Assembly (NCBI GenBank): GCA_905178155.1
Contig: CAJINV010000017.1
Span: forward strand, 175,639-239,638
Source of the DNA: Amoebophrya sp. A120
Taxonomy: Eukaryota; Protista; Dinoflagellata
Length of the DNA: 64,000 bases
Reading direction: 5' to 3'
Below are positions 13,180-23,700 of the stretch, in pieces. Below the pieces are notes generated by a model that ran no database searches, was not told the origin of the DNA, and worked only from the letters and a program-made list of their open reading frames with translations. The translations under genes were made by a program, and so were the position numbers. Each line of letters starts with the position of its first letter. Position 1 is the stretch's first letter.

Positions 13180-13986
13180 ATGGCGATCAACCTGGACAAG
13201 GCGTCCCAGCTGTACGCGCAGTCGATGGAGCTGCCCATCCCACTCAACACCGCCGCCACGAACGTGATCGACCACGTCGACCAACTGAAAATCAGCAAGG
13301 TCCAGCAAATCTCCACGAAGCAGCCCAACCCCTCCCTGGTCCACCTGACCAAGGTTCCCTTCGAGAACTGGCAGGCGTGGCGGGAGAAAAACCACGACGA
13401 CCGAGTATTACAATGAAAAATGCCCCCACCCCAGAACTTGGCAAGTTTGTCTTGCAAACCTTTCCACTAGAAACATTCCCCGTCTTGCATATATCAGCAT
13501 CACAAATTTTAAATGCGGAACATCTAAAATTTGTGTTGCGCAAGAGCCCAGCAACAGCCGGGCCTGTCATATGAAAGACGCCTTACTCGCCTATATTCTG
13601 CATCAGAAAGATTCATAGTCCTTTCATGCAAGACAAAAAGTCTTCATTTGGAGACTTTGCATCGCAAATTTTTGAAGCATTCGGGGTGGGGGCATTTTTT
13701 CTTTTGATACCGAAAAATCCGGTTTTTCATCCGGTCCGTGATGGGCCGGTGCGTGCCGATCGAGTGCGAGCCGTGGAAAACCGTCGGGGACCTGAAACAA
13801 CTGATCTTTGAAGCGGAAGACATCCCGAAGCACTTGATCCGACTGCGGACAAAACAGGGGTTGGACCTGGAAAAAGACAACCACGTGCTGGACAAGGACT
13901 GCGGGTTTACCTTCGAGAAGGCAAAGGGGGACCCAAACAACGTCACGCTGCGCTGCATCTGCAGGGAGAGCGTGATGTGGAGGTGA
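13180..13986 (+). CDS. Small protein with C-terminal ubiquitin-like domain, 2 exons (13180-13405, 13715-13986)
   Basis: The spliced product reads IRFFIRSVMGRCVPIECEPWKTVGDLKQLIFEAEDIPKHLIRL, resembling ubiquitin [43 protein letters not shown]. No terminal GG. Confidence 0.75.
13406..13709. mobile_element. TIR introner
   Basis: Ends tattacaatgaaaaatgcccccacccc and ggggtgggggcattttttcttttgata. Direct repeat CCGAG/CCGAA. Removing 309 nt keeps the frame. Confidence 0.9.
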
Positions 13987-14914
13987 GCACGGAGGTGTTG
14001 AAGCAGACGAGAGCGACCGAAATAAGTTGTAGCATTTTGAGACTTGATGTTGTTGCAAAAGTTGTGACGTCGACTCGATTTGCAACTTCTAGGACCCGTA
14101 GCACCAGCACAAAGTAGAAGGATTAAAACGCTCTCCTGCCAGCACTCTGAAATTCTCAAAAGCATTCAGCGCCAGTGGTGTCACTTCTCTCTGTGAAAAC
14201 GTCGACCACGATGAATGCGTTCATCTTGAGGTTTTAGACGCTTCAAAAAATGCACCTTTTTTGACACACATCTCCGGGCGATGGTCAACATGATATATAA
14301 CTACGAAAATGCAATGTTATCTAGACATCAAGTAGCCCTTGTTGATCTTTTTGATGCCTACCCAAACTACGTGACCAGTGTCACCAGCATACTGTCGCTA
14401 TAGCTTTTTTCAGCTGCTTTTGAATATCTCTACCACGTCCTGTCTGGATAAAAGCCGAGTGATCGAACATGATCGGCTTCTCGGGGCAGCCAAAAGCGGC
14501 TTCTCGTCGTGGCTTGTTCCTCTCCTGACCAACGGTCGGGCGTTACTAGTACGAGAAAGGTGATCCTAGTAATTCAGCGTGCGTCGTTCTCACGTAATAA
14601 GTACTACAAGTACGAGACAATGCAAGTTCTATGCGTCGGGTGAAGTTTACTCGGCACACCGCTGTACTGGTGGTTGTGGTGGAGCTCAGCCACTATGAAC
14701 GACATAAGTAAAGTAGTTTTCAATTTCGTCTTACTTTTCTGGCAATCGGAAAGGTAATCGTAAATCGCGAAGTTTTGGGTCGTCTTCTATACTCGTTACA
14801 TACAGCACTCGTGGTCGTGTGTGGATCAACGCCGCGGTCCAACGCAGGGCCATGTCGATTCCTTCTCAAACACATTATTTAATGTCGATTCTACTTCGTG
14901 TGGTGCTGTCATTC

Positions 14915-14983
14915 GTGCTACCCTCGTCAAAACAAATTTGGCGTTCCCTTGGTGCTACCCTCGTCACAACAAATTTGGCGTTC
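14915..14983. repeat. Tandem duplication with ~37-bp period upstream of the hydrolase gene
   Basis: gtgctaccctcgtca(a/c)aacaaatttggcgttc occurs twice, followed by tatataaa near 15000. Confidence 0.7.
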
Positions 14984-15246
14984 TTGCCGCTGGCATGATA
15001 TATAAAGCCTCGTCCTGGGGGACGGAGAAGGATCATTAGGTTAAGCTCGCTCTAAAAGTTTCGCTTAGATTCGTCGTGAAGATCGATATCATTCCTTCGT
15101 GAAGATTTTTCGTACAGGCTCTAGCTCATTGATTTTGATGAAATTTGACCGGTCTACATCTTGATACAAGTAACCAAGGTTTGTGAACTCGAAAATCAAT
15201 AAAAACGTTTTCATATCAAAGCGTGGAAATTTTTGATTGTCGAAGG

Positions 15247-18200
15247 ATGTCCACCTCGACTGCCGCCGCACCGAGCAACATGTTGTTCTTCGCTCCTCCA
15301 AAGAGGTATTGCACCGGCCGGGAGCTCCAGAACGCGATGGCCATGCTTTTACTCCTGATCACGACGTTCTACTTCACGGTCTTCTACGCGCAGCTTTTTT
15401 ACGACGTGTCTGGCGGTCCCCACGATTGGATGTGGGATTGCCGCTCGTTTCGCCGGGTCGACTACACTACACGACCTGCCTCTAGTACGTCGCAGCACTC
15501 GTCCTCCTCTGCTACCTCTTACAAAGAGGACGACCCTGGCCCACTCGCGCTCGGTGGCGCCTTGAAAAGGTACGTTCCAGTGTACGCCTATCTGCTGTTT
15601 GGCTTTTTCTGGTGCTGGTGGCACTTGCTGCACGCGATTTGTGCGGAGAGTGTGGCGGCGGCGGTAGGGGAGGAAGCGGCGATAACATTGAGGCGTGGCT
15701 TAGATTTAGAAAGTCAAACGAGATCGCAAGTAGAAAAGCGGCAAACGGAAATGAACCAATCTGAAAGAGGAACAGGAAAGAACCTAGTAGGGCAGAATCA
15801 ATCTAGTACAGCTCGTCCTGTCTCCCCGTCGACAACGCCGAGCAGCTTGCTGGCGCCGGAATTACTACAAAGCCGCAATCAAAATGTTCAGCAACAGCAG
15901 CCACTTTTCACGGAGCAACAGAAGATCGAATTTCTCGATGACGAAGAAGATGAGGAATTTTTGTTGCTGCAAGGATCCGAATTTGATGTCAGCAGAGTCG
16001 CTAACGATGTCGGGACGGTGGACACAGTAGAAGGCAAAAAAGCACAACGCCGGGGGTTCCTGCACGAACATCAAGACCAGCAAAAACTCGCGACCGCAGC
16101 CGCGTTCGTACCTTTCTTGGTATACCGAAACTTTTTCTGGGGCGTGAAGTGGGTTTTGGTGCCAACCTTTCTCGTGTTTTTGTACCGGGGCAGTGTAGCT
16201 ACGTGGAAAAATCGAGGCGAGCTGCGGGACTGGTTGGATGTTGACGATGGAGTAGTATTACCAGAACAAGGTAACAATCTTCCTGAAGAAGGTGACCCCA
16301 CCGAAAGCAGTAGTTTTGGCGACAACTTTCGCAGCAGCGAGACGAGAGAACAACCAGCAAAGGACTTTTCTTTATTTTCACAGGCACACGGCGCGCAACT
16401 CACGTCTTCTACTACTGGAGGTGCAGTATCTTCCACCCCCGCAACGGCGAGCTACACAGCGAATTCCGGTTTAGACCGCGCCAGCCGGAGAACGCGAACT
16501 ACCTCCCGCGCAGGACTATCAAACGAGGAAGACAGCACTGACAGCAGCTTTTATGACCAGGCGCAGCGTATAGCATCTTCTTCATCTTCTTCTTCTTCAT
16601 CCAGAACCCGCGACAACAAACTCCTGAGTCAGCACGCAGACCCCCTGCGAGCAAGTACAACCGCAGCTTCGGAAAGTGACGAAGCAGAAGATGGAACAAC
16701 CATGACACCAACTCCAACAAGGCAAGCTTCGTCGCAAATGAACCGTAGACTGCGCTCCTTTCTTGCCCAACAAGCGGAAAAGCTGAGATCCGCGGCCGCA
16801 ATGCGGCTTGTATACGGGGAAGGGTATGTCCCCTCAAGGTATTTCTTTTACCCCTTCGGGCTGCTCGCACACGAAGAGGAATTCCTGGTCACCGTCTTGT
16901 TCTGGCGCGTGCTGCTCGGCCGGGTGGTCCTGCACGTTTTCTTGCCGATACTGGTTTTCCTGTGCAGTGTTTTGCTGTACGAAAGAAGACTCAACAACTT
17001 GGACAACATTTGGAAAACGTACGGGACGAACATGAACAAGAGCAACTGGAACTTTTTTGCAGCTCGTGGCGGAGGAGATGCTGCAACTACGACATCTATC
17101 GCTGGTTATGACGAAGGTAATATTCGAACCAGTCTGGTGCTGGCGGAGACAAGCAGCTACGGGTCCGCGAAGAGTTGTGCAAAAGTGGGCGTGGGAATTA
17201 AAATTATGGGTGGTAATAATGATAATTCAAATAGCGCAACAAGATCCCCACCCGTATCGACGAGACAAAAGAGTCTAGAGCTTGACTCGCCGGATGACAT
17301 TGGAAACAAAAACGCCCAGCACGAGCACCAGCAGCTCGAGGAAGGTGATGCTCTCAACGGCGCAACCGCGATGGCGGAAAATAAGCGAAATAGAGGACTG
17401 TGCTGGAAGTCGTGTGGCAGCACCAGCAGCTTGAAGTTGTTCCTCTTTTCATTTCCAATGAACCTGATAGCGGCCTTAGCAAAGCTCTTTCAACTTTTCT
17501 ATCGGTTTCTGGGCCGAAGGTTCTTCCGGCTGTTCGTTTCAAATTCGAAACGACAAGTCAACTATCTGGAAGGAGGACGGCATGAACATGAAGCGATGTT
17601 TCGGGTGGATAACAACATTGCTGGATGTGGATCATCGTCAAGTGGGAGAACTTCCACGTCACTGGGCGTGCAAGAAGAACAGCGACCGACCGCGTCGATA
17701 AACTACCACCGAAGAGATAAGGTGACGCGCTTTCTTCTGAACCAAATCGCAACCAATTCCACCATTCTGCGGCGGGGAACGGAGGAAAATTTGAAGGTAC
17801 AGCTATTGTACGAGCAGGGATATAAACTGGATGAAGAGGCTGAAGAGGTGGACTTGGGACCATCAACAAGTGCTGCAGCAAACAGCAACACGACAAATGT
17901 TAACAACGACGTCAACTCGCGGATTCTGCAGCAAGGTCCTACTGCTACTGGCACAGCTTCCCTCGCAAGCACGGCTTCTGCAGGAGCTCTAGTACAGCCA
18001 TCTGATACAACTTCAAGTAGTAGGGCGGTTCAACTTCAAGCGAGTCTTCCTGTAGTTTCCTCCACCGCTTCTTACCAGATCAGGCAAAAGAAAATCTCCT
18101 CAACCGTTGGAACATTCCGCAAGACGACAACGAAATTCGCGGTATTCTGCATTCTGCCGATCTACTTCGTCTTTTCCCTGGTGCTGTTCCTCTTCTGCAG

Positions 18201-19824
18201 GTTCATGCTGTTTCCGATGACGATGCAGTCACCGAGCATCGATCCGCTTTACAATGCGTTGGTGCTGGTCGGGGAAAGGAAAGCTCCAACAGATGCCGAC
18301 TTGTTGGAACAAGAAGACATTGAGCAGGAACTGGCTGGTACTAGTGGCGCAGCATCGACGTTCGACTTCCTTCCGTCACAACAGGAGCCAACATCTTCCG
18401 GGACAACATCTCGGGGCGACAACAAAAATCCCGCAGCACAAAGAAATCGCTTGCTGCAGAAAGCCGCTTACTCGCTGCTCGCGGCGGAGTTTGGGTTCCC
18501 GCCTGGCGATGTGGCTTACAACTGCGGCACCTTAGTGAAAGAAGTTTTGGAGCAGCAAATCGAGCAAGAAGCATTGACAGCCTCTCATGACGTCGATCAT
18601 GACAACACAGCTGCTAATGAACTACTAGCGGCCGCTACTAGAAACAAAGTCGTCGACCCGGCCTTTGCTCCGGGAAGCGTGTTGAGGTGCGAATTTTCGT
18701 CCACGTCTGTTTCTGGCGGGAATTTTTATCGTGAACCAGTGGAGGCAGAGGAGGACCCCATCATTTACATCTACACGCACGGAAACGGGGGAAGTGCTGC
18801 TACCAGTCACATGATCCTGCAGGAAATCTACGCCAGAGTGTTTTTGGCACCAGGGAAGAACACAAACAAACACCCCCGCCGCCGACCCCGGCGCCTGATC
18901 GCCTACCTCCCGACCTACCCGGGGTATCCGGGCACCATGGAACAAATCCAGCACGTTTCGTACGGGGGCAGGGCTGTACTTTTTTTGAAGAAATTGCTCC
19001 ACCACGTCATGCGGAGGTTTCGCCGAAACAGAAACGCGAAAATCGTCCTGCACGGCATGTCCATCGGAACTATCGCCATCACCGCTGCATTCGATCAGTA
19101 CTTGGAAGAGGCGGTTGATAACATTACCGCAACGAGGACAGGCAGAAGTTTGTTCTCGACGCTTCCCTTTCTACCAACCCTTGCTTCCGCCGTGGGACTT
19201 GCCGGAAATAAGGCAACGAGCGGAGAACAAGCAAGTGACGGAACAAAGTCGAACCAGGATAAAAATTTTGCAAGAGTCACGCACTTCCTGCTAGAAGCCC
19301 CACTAACCTCTGTCTACGACATGGCAATTCGGTTCGTGCGAGACCGGATCCAGTGGAAAGTAATCGAATACTTCAATTGGCAATTCTGGAACTCGTGGCA
19401 GACGCAGGCGGAAAGCTCGGTGGCGCATCTGCGCAACATCATGGCCGCGGGGGTGGTATCATCTTCTACCTCACAGAGTAGGACAACAAGTCACGCCGAA
19501 GATCACCCGGATCAAGAGCACGCTCTCGCTCTTGAAGGAACAAGGGGAACAGCAACAGCAGTGAAGGACTTGCATGTGAGGATCATCATGAAGGAGGTCG
19601 ACGGTGTTGTCTATCCGGACATGGCGACACAACTTGCCGGTATCGTGGATGAATACGAAACGAACCAGAAGAACGCCGATAAAGGCACAGTGCGTTCGCC
19701 AGGTGATGATGAAAGTACTTCGTTAATCATCCAGACCGACGCACGGCACAACGATCTCATCTTTGAAGCGAGCCCGCACTCCGAGGCTTTTTCGCGATGG
19801 AAGAATTTTTTGCTGGAGGACTGA
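15247..19824 (+). CDS. Large multi-TM protein with C-terminal alpha/beta-hydrolase domain (ABHD-like), apparently intronless
   Basis: Uninterrupted ~1525-codon ORF with several TM segments. Motifs IYTHGNGG (18778), YPGYP, nucleophile elbow LHGMSIG (19051), LLEAP, and candidate catalytic His in RHND (19747). Confidence 0.8.
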   Translation: MSTSTAAAPSNMLFFAPPKRYCTGRELQNAMAMLLLLITTFYFTVFYAQLFYDVSGGPHDWMWDCRSFRRVDYTTRPASSTSQHSSSSATSYKEDDPGPLALGGALKRYVPVYAYLLFGFFWCWWHLLHAICAESVAAAVGEEAAITLRRGLDLESQTRSQVEKRQTEMNQSERGTGKNLVGQNQSSTARPVSPSTTPSSLLAPELLQSRNQNVQQQQPLFTEQQKIEFLDDEEDEEFLLLQGSEFDVSRVANDVGTVDTVEGKKAQRRGFLHEHQDQQKLATAAAFVPFLVYRNFFWGVKWVLVPTFLVFLYRGSVATWKNRGELRDWLDVDDGVVLPEQGNNLPEEGDPTESSSFGDNFRSSETREQPAKDFSLFSQAHGAQLTSSTTGGAVSSTPATASYTANSGLDRASRRTRTTSRAGLSNEEDSTDSSFYDQAQRIASSSSSSSSSRTRDNKLLSQHADPLRASTTAASESDEAEDGTTMTPTPTRQASSQMNRRLRSFLAQQAEKLRSAAAMRLVYGEGYVPSRYFFYPFGLLAHEEEFLVTVLFWRVLLGRVVLHVFLPILVFLCSVLLYERRLNNLDNIWKTYGTNMNKSNWNFFAARGGGDAATTTSIAGYDEGNIRTSLVLAETSSYGSAKSCAKVGVGIKIMGGNNDNSNSATRSPPVSTRQKSLELDSPDDIGNKNAQHEHQQLEEGDALNGATAMAENKRNRGLCWKSCGSTSSLKLFLFSFPMNLIAALAKLFQLFYRFLGRRFFRLFVSNSKRQVNYLEGGRHEHEAMFRVDNNIAGCGSSSSGRTSTSLGVQEEQRPTASINYHRRDKVTRFLLNQIATNSTILRRGTEENLKVQLLYEQGYKLDEEAEEVDLGPSTSAAANSNTTNVNNDVNSRILQQGPTATGTASLASTASAGALVQPSDTTSSSRAVQLQASLPVVSSTASYQIRQKKISSTVGTFRKTTTKFAVFCILPIYFVFSLVLFLFCRFMLFPMTMQSPSIDPLYNALVLVGERKAPTDADLLEQEDIEQELAGTSGAASTFDFLPSQQEPTSSGTTSRGDNKNPAAQRNRLLQKAAYSLLAAEFGFPPGDVAYNCGTLVKEVLEQQIEQEALTASHDVDHDNTAANELLAAATRNKVVDPAFAPGSVLRCEFSSTSVSGGNFYREPVEAEEDPIIYIYTHGNGGSAATSHMILQEIYARVFLAPGKNTNKHPRRRPRRLIAYLPTYPGYPGTMEQIQHVSYGGRAVLFLKKLLHHVMRRFRRNRNAKIVLHGMSIGTIAITAAFDQYLEEAVDNITATRTGRSLFSTLPFLPTLASAVGLAGNKATSGEQASDGTKSNQDKNFARVTHFLLEAPLTSVYDMAIRFVRDRIQWKVIEYFNWQFWNSWQTQAESSVAHLRNIMAAGVVSSSTSQSRTTSHAEDHPDQEHALALEGTRGTATAVKDLHVRIIMKEVDGVVYPDMATQLAGIVDEYETNQKNADKGTVRSPGDDESTSLIIQTDARHNDLIFEASPHSEAFSRWKNFLLED

Positions 19825-20758
19825 AAATTACCAGATTATGGCGGTGATACAAGTTTTAGTTTTGAATTTAAACCTGGTTTATTTCCACCAATAAAGACGA
19901 GCAAAATTTGAAAATGTAAGATGGAGGCTGTGTAAAAATCTCTTGTAGCTGTAGTTCTTTGTTGAGCGAATCTATCATAATCATGTTTACCCCTTGTATG
20001 TTGTCGTATTTTTACGAATGTTATTCGCTAGCTGCAGCCGCAGATTGTAATTTTCTTATGAAATTGGTATGGCTATGGATCGATATGCTTTCAACACCCA
20101 CACTCACTTTCTCCTGCAGTGGCTTGACACCCTCAGCAATTTCATGCAAATGCAAATCTCAATTTCGAATTGGATCATGTTATGCCATAGTAATATTCTC
20201 AGTTTCCGCTGGGCGTGGATCTATTGATGATTTTCGTCTGAAATCGTCCTTAATGTTGGCTGTGTTAAGTTAGAATGGAGCCTTGCATGTCCTGTGCTTG
20301 ATCGTTTTCCTTTTTCGCAAAGCCAACATTTTTCTTTTTGTTGTCGTAATCGTCCGGATGATGGATGAACAAATATCATCCTGAATCTCGTCCCCATTAA
20401 GAGTATGGAATTATCATCGTGCAGGGTAGTCCTCGTCCTCGTTTCCCTCTTCGTCCGTGTGGCCAAGGACTGCAACTTATCGTGGTGGGCTTTCAGGTAT
20501 TACCTATGACCGTTGTCAATCTGGGGATGTATCACGTACGCAAGGCCGTGCTGTCGTTTTCCGCTTCGATGCAACATGGACATACGAGGAAAAAACAGTC
20601 TCTTTCTGCACAGGTAGTCGTCCCCGATAATGTTTTGATTTTGCTAGGACCCTGTAACAATTTCCGTCTAACTGCTTCTACCCACTATTTCTATTAATTC
20701 AGCCCACCATACCATCGCTTTTTGCAAGCTTGAGCTACCAAGAAAACCAACATCAACA

Positions 20759-23700
20759 ATGGCGTTCTCTTTATCGTCCCGCTTTGCCCCTAGAAGGGCA
20801 GACGCTCTGTTCTTTGCATTACTCCTCTCAATCACCAGTTCCATCCCAGAAGTTTCAGTATTTTTCCTGAACATTGGTCTCCCGCCGCTGTTCGCCGCCG
20901 CTGACACCCTTGCCGATTGCATCATCAAGATCCGCGACAACGGCACCGCCTGCGACCTCGACCCCGGGGTGCACACCTTAGGGAATGAGACCATCGACTT
21001 CCTTCAACTGCCCTACAACGACTTGTACCTGAAGGGCGCCGCCGACCGCACGACTGTGATCGACGGCAGTGAGGACATCACGAGTCTGCTCACCTGGGAG
21101 GAGTGCAGCACGTTAACCAGCGGCAACTACAAGCAGATTTGCGAGCAGACCCTGCAAAACGAGCCGAACGTCAACAGCAATACGAAAATCTACTCCGCGC
21201 TCCTTCCGAAGTACAAGCCAGTGTACCAGCTGTGGGCGCAGACAGAGACCGGGTTGCGGGAAAAGATTTCGCGAAAATGCTGGTACCCGCACGGTGGCCG
21301 GACAAGATTTCGTACGAAGACTTCACGTCGAACAACCACGACCGGTTGCTGGAAATCAACCCAGATTTGAACAACCACTAGGGTGAGGTCCCGGACTGGA
21401 TTTCCCTCTTCGACACGGAGCAGACGTGGGCCAAGATTGTCAACGGGTACCACGGCACAGTGCTCGAGGACGCTTCCACCTTGGCCAATTCCTGGGTCCG
21501 GGCGACGCACGGCTACGATCCGCCCAACACGGGCCACGGCTGGGTACAGGACGACCAAAACCAGCTGGCCACCGTAGCGAATCCGAAACGGACGTACGAG
21601 GTGGACGGCGACGTGGGGGGGCTGATCGGTGCGAACAAGGGAAGCTACACGGTACCGACCCCGAAAAATCTGAACTCCGCCTTTCCAAACAATCCGAGTT
21701 CAAGCAATTCTCTGAACGTGACCGGGTCGACGATTTCCATCAACTGGGGCAAGCAGATGACGGAGCAGGGCTACGTGTACGAGATCAACGGCACAAACTC
21801 TGACTTCCTCTATTTCAACCGCATCCGGTGCCACCAGCACGGCGGGGGCAATGACGCGCCCCCGTTTCAGCGGAGTGTCGCGTATTTGTCCTGCTCGGCC
21901 ACGCCGTTTCTCTCGAAGGGCAACAACAGCGACGAGGAGCGGGGGCGGGCGAGCTACTACTTGTCGAACAAACTGGAGTTTCTGAACAAGGAAAAAGAGT
22001 GGTTTTTCCACTTCTTCACCGCCGAGGACGCAGCTTCTTCTCCCGGGGGCGAAAACACCGACGAGCTTTACTCCGGCCGACTGTTTGTCCGCATGCCCTC
22101 GCACCCGCAGAACTACAAGTTTTTCTCCCGGCAGGTGGACGTGGGGCTGAACTTCGACTGCAGCGGCAACAAAATGCAGCGGTTCGAACTGTCCGGCATC
22201 ACGTTTTTCGCGAACAGCATCACGGGGCACAAGTGCCACTATTGGAAGGTTCTGAACAACGACTTTTTGTACTCCTCCACCTCTCGAAAGGCTTTGAAGC
22301 ACGAGTGGCCGAACAATGTCGATCTGAACTTTCCAGATCTCGACCACCCGTTCAGCAACCGGTTCTACCTGTCGAATTTCGCCCAGATCACCGGCAACAG
22401 CTTCAAGTTCGCGGAGGGGAAGGCCTTGGAGTGGCAGGGGAACGAGGTGGTGTGGGAGCAGAATTTGTTCGCTTTCAACGGCTGGCAGAGTTTGGACTCG
22501 GCGTCGACCATCCGTATCAAGGGCTCCAGTTCGGACGAAGACGCGATCCCGCCCGCGAAACTGGCGCTCAACATATCAAATGCAAATATGTCTGGGGCTG
22601 GCGCTGGAATGATGCAGATTTTTGTCATGCTGTTTTTCCATGACCCTGAAGGTCTGGCAAGCAAGGTTGAGCATTACAGGTTTTGAGAAGCTGCGTCGAT
22701 GCCTAATCCGCACGACGAGTCACCTGTTTTTTCGGTGACAAAAATGGGCAAGTCTTGCTGTCTATGCATGAGAGATTTTTGTGTGTTTGAGATGCGCATC
22801 ACAAGTTCCGTCTTTCCAGATGACCCAGATGACATTATATTTGCAATTCATACAACACGTTCAAGTACAACGGGCAGGTGAACGCGATGATCGCGACCAA
22901 GGCCGGCTCGGTCCTCGAGAAGAACCTGATCCAGTTCCAAAATTTCGGGAACGCGCAGGCGGGGGGCGTCGTCACCTCCGGGCCGGCGGGCACGGCCAAG
23001 AGCCGCATGGAGTACAACTGGATCGTCGATTCCGGGGCGTTTGCCGACGCGTTCCGGTTCGACGCCTGGGCCAGTCACACCTTCGACACGGTAACCAAAA
23101 ACGGCACGCTGCGGTACAATCTCGCCTGGAACGATATGACGCCGAATGTAATGGTGCCAGGAGGAACAACAGGATCAGCTTCTGGTGCAGCTTCTTCCAG
23201 CACAACTATCGTCGCCGCCACGACCAGTGTGCCCTTCATTCCCAAAGTTGCCCTCCAGGGCGACGACCACACGGTCGAATTCAATTCCCTGCTCCCAACG
23301 GGGCAGATGGACGTGCAGCGGGACCTGGGGGTAAATTTGTGCGGGATGAACATGAACAGTAGCATCCGAAACAACCTGCTGAGCTACTTCAACCCGTACG
23401 GGGAAAATTGCATCAGCGACGTGCCGGGGACGACCGGGTTCGGGACGGAGGTGATTTCCGGCTTACCGGCGAACACCGTGGAAAATAAACCGCTCCAGCC
23501 GTTCTACTACACGGATCTGAACCCCTGCAGTGAATACCTCCGCGACTGTGAGAAGTACGACTTCCGGCCGATAGCGGTTGCAACTACAAGTGCAGCAGCT
23601 TCTGCAACTTGAACTTCTGTCCAGTACGGAATGTACGCGGAAAACTCCTACAACACGTCGTCGTCCCCGTTCGCCAGCTACTTCATTCCCGGACAGCGGC

